A stretch of DNA of 64,000 nt from Alloascoidea hylecoeti. Lineage: Eukaryota. Shown here piece after piece: positions 35,725 through 46,427 of the stretch; within the stretch, counting starts at the first letter, position 1, and the number at the start of each line of letters is the position of its first letter. Location of the stretch: NCBI GenBank assembly GCA_001600815.1, contig BCKZ01000006.1, positions 124,001 through 188,000 of the forward strand. The letters run 5' to 3'. Made by a program: the position numbers and the translations under genes. The notes beneath the pieces are model-generated. The model saw only the letters and a program-made list of their open reading frames with translations, was not told the origin of the DNA and made no database searches.

Positions 35725-37215
35725 ATGACAAAAACAGAAATTAATTGGAGACAATATCTTTCCAAAGAGTCTCGCAAGAGAGAGACTTCAGACATGAACC
35801 AGCTCATCGTATCTGCATCCAAGCCAGGGACAATATCTCTTGGAGGAGGTTTGCCTCACCCTTTAAATTTCCCCTTCCGTTCCCTATCCTTTGAGTACTT
35901 ATCTTTGGACTCCGACTTCAAAAAAAACAAGTCTTTGGTTATCAGCAATCAGTCAGATCTCACATCCACAATGCAATATGCTGATAATCAAGGATTGACT
36001 TGCTTCTATGACTTGGTTAAAAATTTCAATCGTTCTTTTAATAAGCCAAATTATGATACTGAAAGCTGGGATGTGACAATTTCTGCTGGAACAACCCAGG
36101 CACTTGAAGCCTCCTTCAGAATGCTATGTAATCCAGGTGATTTTGTATTATTTGAAGAATTATGCTATGCATGTGCAAAAGAATGCGCGGAGCCAATGGG
36201 GCTGGTTCCTTATCCTGTTAAAATCGATAATGAGGGTATAATACCTGAAAATTTAGATTCATTGTTAACAAATTGGAAATATAGCTACTTTGGTGGTGAA
36301 AAGCCAAAGGTTATTTATGTTGTACCGACTGGTCAAAATCCAACTGGTGTTTCAATGAGCAAGGAGAGAAGAATCGAGTTTATGAAAATTGCTGCAAAAC
36401 ATGATTTAATAGTAATTGAAGATGATCCATACTATTGGATTCAACTATCTGATACTAAGCCAACTACTGAGTCATATTTCAATCAAATGAAAAAGTATCC
36501 AACTTTATTATCTCTTGATAAAGATGGTCGTGTCATTCGTTTAGATTCGGTTTCAAAATTACTTGCTCCTGGCTCAAGACTAGGCTGGATAACATCAAAT
36601 TCAACATTTATTAGACAATTAAGTCTTCATAATGAGGTTAATATTCAAACTGCGTCTGGATTTTCTCAAATGCTTGTTTTTCAATTATTAAAACAGTGGG
36701 AATTGGAGTCTAAGACACAAAATAATAATGACAATTCAAACCCTTTCTCAATATCATCAGCATCAGAGTCTGGATTTATAACATGGTTAAGGCATTTAAG
36801 TTGGCAGTATTCAGCAAGATATCATACACTTTCAAAATATTTTGAACAATATATTCCGAAAGATTTATGTTATTGGTCTCCTGTTCATCATGGTATGTTC
36901 TTATGGTTAAATATTAATATTAATAAATTTCAAAAACCATTAAAATATAACAATAAATCAAATCATAAAAAGTGGTGTAAAATTTTAGAACAAAAATTAT
37001 ATTCAAAAATCATTTCAAATGGCCTTGTTTTATCAAGAGGTATTTGGTTTCAAGTTAAAAATCCAATTGATGATGATAGTGATGATTCAATAGCATTTAG
37101 AGTAACATTTGCAAGTGCTGATGTTGATCAGATGGAATTAGCTGCTAAAACTTTAGGTAAATCGTTAGAAAATGTGAAGATAGAATTAGAATCCGAAGTT
37201 GAGAATGAAGATTAG
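35725..37215 (+). CDS. PLP-dependent aromatic amino acid / 2-aminoadipate aminotransferase (Aro8/Aro9 family)
   Basis: First ATG at 35725. ISLGGGLPHP..FPF, MQY, YVVPTGQNPTG, IEDDPYY, DGRVIRLDSVSKLLAPGSRLGW (PLP lysine), GMFLW, FRVTFA. Confidence 0.9.
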   Translation: MTKTEINWRQYLSKESRKRETSDMNQLIVSASKPGTISLGGGLPHPLNFPFRSLSFEYLSLDSDFKKNKSLVISNQSDLTSTMQYADNQGLTCFYDLVKNFNRSFNKPNYDTESWDVTISAGTTQALEASFRMLCNPGDFVLFEELCYACAKECAEPMGLVPYPVKIDNEGIIPENLDSLLTNWKYSYFGGEKPKVIYVVPTGQNPTGVSMSKERRIEFMKIAAKHDLIVIEDDPYYWIQLSDTKPTTESYFNQMKKYPTLLSLDKDGRVIRLDSVSKLLAPGSRLGWITSNSTFIRQLSLHNEVNIQTASGFSQMLVFQLLKQWELESKTQNNNDNSNPFSISSASESGFITWLRHLSWQYSARYHTLSKYFEQYIPKDLCYWSPVHHGMFLWLNININKFQKPLKYNNKSNHKKWCKILEQKLYSKIISNGLVLSRGIWFQVKNPIDDDSDDSIAFRVTFASADVDQMELAAKTLGKSLENVKIELESEVENED

Positions 37216-37734
37216 TAAATTTCAAGATTAACTGAATAGTATTCAATATATTAATAAGAATGAGAAGCCATATATAAGATGTTGCAGCTGTTTTAAAAGG
37301 ATATATAAAATTTTATAAGCTTATAATAGTGTTTTTTATTTGGTTATATACAGGTATAAGTATATACTTACAATACAAAAGAAATATTAAGGGTTAATGA
37401 TGAAGTTAAGAAGTATTGTGTTAGTCTGTGTATATGGTCATTCGCACTATTTACTATAGGAGATCGAATCATGCAATTGCTAAGATTCGCCAGCTTATAC
37501 AGTTTTGTTCGCTTTGTTATTTAAAATTGGACACACTCATATGAGTTAATTTATTTTGTTATTTCTTTTAATAAATCCCTTGATACTTATATTAGTTTAT
37601 TAACTTATGAGACCATTTTTTTATTTTTGCATGGAATTTAGTTTTATAGGGCTTTATGTTGTGCCCTAATATTTACCCGGACAATAATACATTAAAACTT
37701 TTCTGTTCCTTCTCTTGAATTTTCTTTTTCATTA

Positions 37735-37950
37735 AGCAAAGGGATGTTAATTATAGATGTTAATATTTATGATTATTTTCTGATAGATCATCATACTAGT
37801 ATGTTCCTCAATTGCTTGTTGTTCTAATGAGCCGAGGTTTATGTATTTATATGTGATCAACTTTGCTAAGATGAAATTATTGTACCCTTTTTCGCTAACA
37901 ACAACCGTATGATGATTGGTTGTCGTTTGATAGTAGTGGGGCTCACATTA
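37735..37950 (+). ncRNA. Box H/ACA snoRNA, snR82-like (3' pocket targets 25S rRNA U2351, S. cerevisiae numbering)
   Basis: AGCAAAG(37735)/CTTTGCT(37861) closes hairpin 1; H box AGATGA 37869-37874; hairpin 2 AACAACAACC/GGTTGTCGTT; ACA 37945-37947. Pocket strands TTTCGC (37890-95) and GATAGTAG (37929-36) are complementary to conserved 25S CUACUAUC-UA-GCGAAA. Reb1-like TTACCCGG (37673-80) and a T-rich tract lie upstream. Confidence 0.8.
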
Positions 37951-38131
37951 CAACTAATGTATTAATCATTGGCTTGGTTTATAAAATAATATTTTATAAG
38001 TTTATAGATTAAACATTAGAGGTTTGAAAGAGAAGATATATTATATGGTAAACGTATAGAGTTTCAATTTGTATTGGAGATTCACTTTTGAAGAAGAAGT
38101 TTATATATATTAATTTCACAGTTAATTGTAG

Positions 38132-38369
38132 TAGGCCGCGCATCCTCGAGCTTAGACCTTCTGGCAAACATCGAGGTAAGCACCGTAAACTTTGGACCTC
38201 CGAACTCGACTCGACAAAATCACAAAAACATATTTTGAAAACTAAAATTTCCGAACTCATGCCAAGCTCCGCTCAAATTTCCTCAAACTCATTCCGACCT
38301 CGAGCTCTCCTAACCTAAATTTTGGTTTGGTACACCCTCAAACCAAAATATTAGGCGAAGCGCGGCCTA
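38132..38369. mobile_element. Putative non-autonomous hAT-like MITE, 238 bp
   Basis: Terminal inverted repeats TAGGCCGCGC / GCGCGGCCTA; GC-richer interior with repeated CCGAACTC and CCTCGAGCT; no clean 8-bp target duplication. Confidence 0.45.
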
Positions 38370-39271
38370 GGTTATAATTTATTGCCGTGGCACTGTAGCT
38401 GTATCAACATTGATTCAACATCGAGACTAATTATAGGAACATGATCGTGACATATTATATAAATACCAAACTTAAGAATTCTGTGATTCAATCAGAATTT
38501 TATTCTTCTTTAAATTTCTTTTTATTATTATAATTGCAAGGCTTGATGTTATAAATTTAAACTTATAAATTTACTATTTAAGCTAAATATAATTAATTAA
38601 ATTTCTTTGCAAAATTAATCAAAATTGCAGTTGCTATCAGTAATGATTCAGCGTCAATATATATCCTTAGGTTTATCCGTGGCCGCGGATTTACTTCATG
38701 TAATTGAGAGCTACAGCAGGAAGTCACTACATCCGAATTTAACAATGACAAGATGACAACTTTTAAAGCGCCAATTTGTAAATCTGATCATTAACCAAAT
38801 AAAAGGGCTTGTTACAAATATATGTAAATTCTCACTAATTTATGATTATGTTAATCGCTAATGATTGGCTTTAGCTATAGAGTTGCATTGGACTACTTTG
38901 AAAATTAATTAAGCTAGCCTGTTGCAATTAATATTGGAATTCCAACTAAGAAATTAGGTACTATCGATCAGTGTATTGGTTTTTTGAATATATATAAGAA
39001 GTTTTCCTTTAATCTATAGCTAAGCTTTGTATGATTGTATAAAATGTGTATCTATACGTGTAATTATGATATCAGTAAATCTTCAACCTTTCTAAATTGT
39101 TCTCCCCCATTTTCAATAATAATGGAATTCGATGGGTATGCTAAGAGTTTAAATTTAACTAATTGCCTTTTTGAATAAATTACATGAATATAAAATTCCG
39201 ATCCAATATTCAAAAATGTAAATGCCAACAATTGGCTCTTAACCTTAATTTGAAGAGAGTTTTTCTGATAA

Positions 39272-39549
39272 TCATTCCACTTAATTACCGGTATATATAT
39301 AATTTATAATTTAGGCCACCTGAAATAAATCCCACGCAATTTAAGCCCACTTTTCGAACTAAATATTCCACTGGGTGCCTTGAATACAACAAAACCATTA
39401 GTCATATAATCCTTACCTATATTAACTATAATAGAACTTGTTGGGCCGCCAAAAATTATGAATACCAATGGAATAAAAGCACTCGGTTAAAAGCAATACA
39501 TGGCTGAATATTCAGTTCAAAAAGTAACCGAAATTAAGTGGAATGACTG
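39272..39549. mobile_element. MITE-like inverted-repeat element with Tc1-type CAGT end and an interrupted left arm
   Basis: TCATTCCACTTAATT (39272-86) pairs perfectly with 39532-46, and 39349-68 pairs with 39506-25 at 18/20; the right end reads TA|CAGTCATTCCACTTAATTTCGG on the minus strand. Confidence 0.6.
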
Positions 39550-41114
39550 TATTAAAACTGTTGACTTTCCTCGGACTTTCTACTTGTATGTAGGCCTATA
39601 GCGCTAATGAAAAATAGTTTAAGATAAGCAACCGATTTATTTATTTTATAAGCTTGGAACAAATAATTTACAGTAGTTAAGTTTAATATAAAAGTGGACT
39701 CAAATTCACCTTCGGTTTAACGTTTGACCCTTCGCCTTTTTATTATATTACAAACTCTTTACTTAGAATTATTCATTTACCTCTTGTGAAGTACTACTAA
39801 ATTTGTGGAAAAAAACTTCAACCAGTTTATAGAGGCCTATAGCTAATGAACTTGAGCTTTAACGATGCTAGAATAAGTATCACTTTTATATATGGAAAAG
39901 CATTGCAATTGGAAGCTTAAAATTTAAAAATAGAAATAGAATCCGCAGCTTATACCTAGAAAATCGATATCTTAGGGCTGTAAATTATACACGGTATACT
40001 TTTATTATCATCTCTAGGCAATCTCATCATTGATATCGATATTCGCCTTTCTTAATATTAATATATCAATCCATAGGTGGTTGGTTAACGTTTCTTTTAA
40101 TTACGAATTTTTCCGCCATCACCATGTTGTGGCATGTAGTACCTGACGAGCAAATGCAGTTACAGGCTCAAAAAATGTAGAGTTTGCGTAATTTGGAACT
40201 TACTATACATTAGAATTAATATATTAAACATGATTTCTTTCATTGATATCAATTAAATTTATAGGATTTTTATACAGTAGTAAATGTTATAACAACTCTG
40301 AAGGTTTGGTTCAAGTTTATGGTCTATCACTACTCAATGATACACAGCTGATATTGAAATATTAAGCTTAAGGTTAAGCAATAACAATATGGAAGAGCTT
40401 CAAATTTCACACGTACACAACAATTTAAATCATTAATTACATGAATAGCAATGATAATGGTTGATGTGACATACATAATAATTAATTATGGTTTATGGTA
40501 TACACGTTTAATTATAACGTTAATTTATAATATTTCATATTTGCTCCTGGAATATTGAGGAAAATTATTAAATTATATTTTGTATCTTAAGATTCTTAGC
40601 CAATAGTGTACGATTCTGATTCGAAAATTCAAATATTAATAAAAGAATATAAGAAAGCAGGAAAAATTATTCTCATCAAAACACAATCAACAAATAAATA
40701 AATAAAAATAATAATAGTAATAATAAAATAATCATATATATAGTTTAAGTCAATAGTAATTCACGATCGAAACTATAATATAAAATAAAATAAACTTAAC
40801 ATCAAAGACTAAAAAATACTTGAGAAATATGAAGGGATAAAAAATGAAAAAACGTGGAAAACAAAACACAAAAAAAGAATTGTCTTATATATCAAAGGAA
40901 AAGTAGATAAAATGTATTTAAAAGGGATAATTAATCATATCAATTCATGAAACCCAGATTTATATAGTGTGTATTTTTGGAATAATAATATCCAAGAAAT
41001 GAAAAAATGATGGAGCTCGAGTATAAATAATAGTTCCTGTTTGTGATGAACAATCATGTCTTCCCTGTTGTATTTTTTCGTATTTAAGTAGTTCATAATT
41101 ATATATAAATTACT

Positions 41115-42329
41115 CTAAAATTCGGTCTGTAATGGTTGTTGTTGTGATGCTTGTTGTTGTTCCAAATCTGTATAATATGGATCATCTTCATATATATTTA
41201 AATTATGATGTCTATGATAATCAAGTATCTCCGAATACATCATTACTCTCCATGTATCAACGGGCAAGTCCGCTTCATTGAAACTCCAGTCAAATTTTTC
41301 TTCTGCGACAGGTTCATCTGTAGGATCGTGGTATGGAGCAAGGTAGGGATGGGCAAGACCCTCCGCAGCAGTTATTCTCTTTTTAGGGTCAAATACCAAC
41401 ATTCTTTCCAATAGATCGATTGCTTCAGGTTCAACATTAGGGAATCTTGTAGATAATGGAATTCTTTCGCGATGAGGTAATGATCGGACAAATCTCAGCG
41501 TGTTTTCACTGCATATTGTGTCAATTACATCTGGTGGCGGAGATCCAAGTAATTCTGTAATTATGGAAAATTGATGAACGTGGTCATTACCTGGGAACAA
41601 AGGTCTTCCATCAATCATTTCAGCAAAGATACAACCGGCACTCCAAATATCAACTTCCACACCATATTTCTGCCAGGTTAGCATGATCTCAGGAGCACGG
41701 TAATATCTAGTACTAACATATCCAGTCATTTGAGGATCTTGAATTCTTGCTAAGCCAAAATCACAAATTTTCAAATCACAATTTTCATTGATCAGAATAT
41801 TGCTTGGTTTCAGATCTCTATGGATGACACCGGCGGAGTGAACATATTTCAATCCTCTTAATATCTGATATAGGAAATATTGTATAAATTGTTTTTCTAA
41901 AGGTCTTGAAGTTAAAAGTCGATGCAAATCAGTACCTTGTAGTTCAGTGACAAAATAAATATCCTCCAATGGAGATAAAAAAATATCATCCAGACGAATC
42001 AAATTCTCATGTCGTAAGTGCTTCATTAACTTCAATTCTCGGTATGTTCTTTTGGCTAAAACTGGTGTGCTGAACGGTCTCATAATCTTTTTGATGGCAA
42101 CACTTTGTTGATTAAGAGTATCCTTTGCTGAACAAACTAAACCGAAAGCACCCATACCTACTGGGTTAAGATCCGAGTATCTTGTTGTGATCTCAAACAC
42201 AGTGCCAAAAATCTGTGTGCTACATTATGTAAAAAGTAAGAATGTTAGAACCAGACAAAACAAACACAACACAATGGCTGGTAAATTGGGATCTAATACA
42301 AACCGAATGAATTTTTCTTGCGAAGCCAT
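41115..42329 (-). CDS. HOG1: Stress-activated MAP kinase Hog1; complement(join(41115..42219,42304..42329))
   Basis: Exon 1 MASQEKFIR splices through an 84-nt intron (GTTTGT..CTAAC..TAG) to [37 protein letters not shown] activation loop, YHDPTDEP. Confidence 0.97.
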
Positions 42330-45300
42330 ATTGAGCAAAATTGGAAAGAAAAGGTGGTTTTCTAGAAAGAAAGAGAAATAGAAAGAAAGATAATGGTATG
42401 AGGCTGCTAAGCATAACCGTTGCTTCCACCGTGCGCACAGAATAAATTAATATTAATTGTTGCTTAGTCATGTGACCTATACGGCCCTAGCTAGACCTCC
42501 ATCGTGTACTCCGGATCCTAATATGATCCTTCAGAAATAAATTGACGGAAAATTTTGATTATCCCCTGAATCGCAAAGAAAATTTGTGACTTTATACTAC
42601 AATTTTACAAGAAAGCAAAACAAGGTGAAGTAAGTATTTGAAAAATGACAGCTTCAGGTACGGTTTGCAGATCAAGGTGTGAAGAAGATTATCGATATAA
42701 AAAGGTAGACAATGACTCAGGAAAAAACGGACAGGTATATAAGCTTTCTAGTAGAATTTTCTACAAATAAAGCATATAAGCCTTATATAACTAAATCAAT
42801 TGAGTAGCAAGCTATACATATAATTATAAGGGTAAGTTGCGCTACCAACCGCAAGCGTACATGTATATGCACCATAAGAAACTCTGACATTTGCTTGAGA
42901 TTCCGGCTTCCTCCAAAACAGTAAGCTTTTGCTTCAACTGGTTGCTTACTTCTTTGGAAACAGCTCCACTAACTCGGCCTTGCGGTATACTTTCGTTCAG
43001 TCCGTAATATTTTGCAATGCGTGCAGTTTCTTTTATAGGAAATAGCAGAGCGTGTAGAATGGCGTCTTACAAATTTTGAGCCGTTCTCAGTTTTTGAACT
43101 TTTTTTGGGGGGTTCGCTAAAAAAGGTGTGCATTGTGCATAGAAACATTGTGTGTTTCACCCATCAAAATAGTTCACCAGCCGAAAAAGAATGAATTTAT
43201 ATATGTGGTGATATATGAAAAATACAAAGGATTAAGATCTTCTAATATCGTATTGGGGTCGGGAAGATTGCAATTTGGCCATTTTCTAGTACAAATTATT
43301 CCCCAGCTATAAAACCACTACCGGTATCCTAGGCCTTAATTACAGTTGAAATCTGTTTCTATTGATACACGGAGCAGGGTGAAAAAAAAGAATTTCTTCT
43401 AGTTTGAATTAAAAATAAAGGAATATCTATAAATTTTTCAGGAGAATCTATTAGGATAAGCAGTTTATTTATACAGAATATCTAGTGAATTTTTTAGTGA
43501 TGTTGGGCAGAAAATTGTGAAATTTTGGCATTCATAAAATGTTTATATTCGATATATATAGATGGCCAGATTCTACGTAATACGTATGCTAGCACTATAA
43601 CTTATATATTAGCTGTATATTCCATAATAAAATATCTCCTTATACTAACTATTACAATTGGATACTTCTGAGCTAGTCGCACCTTGTGCTAAGATGGAAG
43701 GGATGAATTTCGGCAGAGGCCTCTTTAAGGAAAAAAAAAGGTACACTACTCAGTTGTATTCCGTAAACTATAACCTATAGCTAGAATATATACCGTATTC
43801 TCTTAGCTTAAATATATTCTCATCAGACTTTGACTGGTGCCATGCATGTTCGTATTATTGGAGTATGGTTGTAGCTTGTAGGCTGCACCTAGGTGGAAAA
43901 AACGGATACATGTACTAATCAATTAGCAGTTAAGGTTACATTTATACATACAACATCTTTAATTTTTTATATGATTAATGGCGTTAGCATCAATATGGTC
44001 AACGGTATTATTGTAATTGCAACGTTGACGTTCTTGACGATCAAAAATCAAGATTAATTAAATTAGTTTGTCCGGCTGCGGTATTTGAATTCCAACAGAA
44101 ATATAGGGTACTAGCCGATGTAACGATTCAGAATATCTTCTGTAAACCTTGTTGGTGACAATTTGAAAGAATGCCAGAAGATGTTGCATAACTTTAACGT
44201 TGAACCATTTCAATTCTGGGGGTCGACATTTATCGCTCGATTAGATAAGAGTATAGTTGTAAAATAAGGATCATTAAGCTAGAGATATGGGTGGATTCAA
44301 AATGATTAAGAAGCTCAAGATTCTATTGTCACCAATTGACGGTTTGTAGTATGCATACAGGCAATTATAAAGCCTCCAAAGATAGTAATTAACCGGATAT
44401 AATTGAAGCTTTAGCTACAAATTTAAATGCTTTGCAAATTAAATCAAATGAATCAAAGTCTTGGCTAAACTATTTCTTTGTAGATATTAATGTATATGAC
44501 CTCAGATAGAACAAGTAACAATTAGAATCTATCAATATTATGATCTAAATTGCTCATAAATATTTTCCTCGTCTGCTTTTTCGTATGATTCGATGTGATC
44601 TTATAACGGATGGTCATGGTTATGAACTTATGATGAACTGGAGAGATTATAATTTACAGCTATAGCTAGCGCTAGTGATATACATTAATTATAACTAATC
44701 AACTGTAATAACTTCATTTCAACAATGATTATAACAAGTAATTATAATTAGTTATTATAAAGTTACAATTAATACAATCTGGGGTGCAGAACTCGAATAA
44801 AATAAGAATTATTATTCTTATATTTTATGTATTCTTCTAGATAAATAAAGCTATTCAGCTCTATAGTGTTAATAATTGGATGATCCGCCAATAATGTACA
44901 TGAGGGATATTTATAAATTAGAAATACAAGTATAGTATATGCAAAATTATAATACAGCAAATCAAATATCAAATAAACACCGTATTTTAGAACTTGTATT
45001 TATGTTTGCAATTGAGGTTATGTTAATGTTAAAGATGAAATTCAGAGCTGATAAACCCCGGACGGATAAAATCCCCACTATAGTTACATATGCGCCATGA
45101 TTATGGTTAACTAATATCTGGCAATTGTTACGGAAGAGTTACCTCTTAAGCTTGATATATATTTCATACAATGTGATGCAACATTAAAAATAGAGGTACT
45201 AATTAGAATTAGAAGCTCGAGCTTGGGAATGAAGTTCAAAATATTCCATATAGTGTATATAGAATTTTAAAGGATCTACTTATCACGGTTATCAAGTTCA

Positions 45301-46086
45301 ACAGTGATGATCTTTATAGCTATAGGATCTATAATTAATCATCATTTATAATATATAAATATGATAGTTGAATGCTAAAAAAATATTTCCAACAATTTTA
45401 AAATTTTGAAGAAATAAAAGAAAAGAACGCAATATGCATGCAAATAAATATAGAACGTGTTCTGTAATCCCCCGCATTTTTTAGCCAATAGAAAATAAAC
45501 AGATTAGATTAGAGTACAGTAATATCCCAAGATGTCTCATTTGCTTATAAGTTAGGTTCAGATCTGTAATATATTAATTACATTACATAGACTTGGTCTA
45601 ATTTGCTGATCAAAATTATAAAACATCCACGAGGTGATCGACTCTTAACGTTATCAAACGGGACCGGGGCCGTGATTTTGGTATTCTCGGAAATCAAGAT
45701 CATCAACATACTAAAGGCGGTTATCAATGGAGGATTTGAACGAGTTTCATTAGAAAATGTTGAGTTGAATTCACTAGTGTCATCTTCTATATTATTCATC
45801 AAGAGTAGAGTGAAATATTAATATTGCAATTAATATTGCAATTAATATTAATAATATTTAGCTAGTAGTATAGTAACTAGAATATAGGCTATTACTATTT
45901 ATCGACAAAGAAAAACCGTTAGTAGAAAGTTTGCTGCATATCTTTAAGTATAAGTCATAAGTCTTGATAAAATAAACATAACTTCAGATAAAAAACACGC
46001 GGATCTGGTATAATGTACTCAAAACTTTGTTTCAAGGTACTTCGACAAAGTTAAAGTTGAAATTTATAAATTAAAAATGACACATG

Positions 46087-46108
46087 CCCCACCACCCCAC
46101 TACCCCAC
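46087..46108 (-). promoter_or_regulatory. Three tandem Mig1/CreA-type GTGGGG boxes upstream of the CAT8-like gene
   Basis: CCCCAC at 46087, 46095 and 46103 (8-bp period) with an adjacent AT-rich flank. Confidence 0.5.
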
Positions 46109-46427
46109 GATAATACTTTACTGCATCTATGTAACCACTCGTAATCTACTCGATGGAGCAGAACACTCGAAGGTGTGTGAGAGATAGTGTCCAAGGGTCA
46201 AAACGTACCCACTGGTCATTTGCCAACCGAGAGAAAATAAAATTACTATCATGTATTACCGCATATTATTTGATGCACCCCGGATTCCTTGGATGCAATT
46301 CTTACATATTTCCATGTCGCAAATTATCTTACTTAGCAGGATGTAATCAATCATTATGTCCGTCTATATATATAATTATAAATCCCACTTTTTTCTTTCA
46401 CCTTCTCCTTATATATCCCCAATAAAA

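Noticed and set aside
40060..40165. Minus-strand CICSSGTTCH resembling a SWIM finger of a Mutator relic
   Set aside because: CxH spacing is wrong and no other MULE motif is nearby.
42860..42890. Alternative HOG1 first exon MSEFL
   Set aside because: No in-phase donor; the MASQEKFIR exon at 42304-42329 splices correctly and matches the family.
45578..45821. Antiparallel 72/74-aa ORFs, one with PFDNVKSR resembling a mitochondrial-carrier motif
   Set aside because: Single short motif without transmembrane context; plausible by chance.
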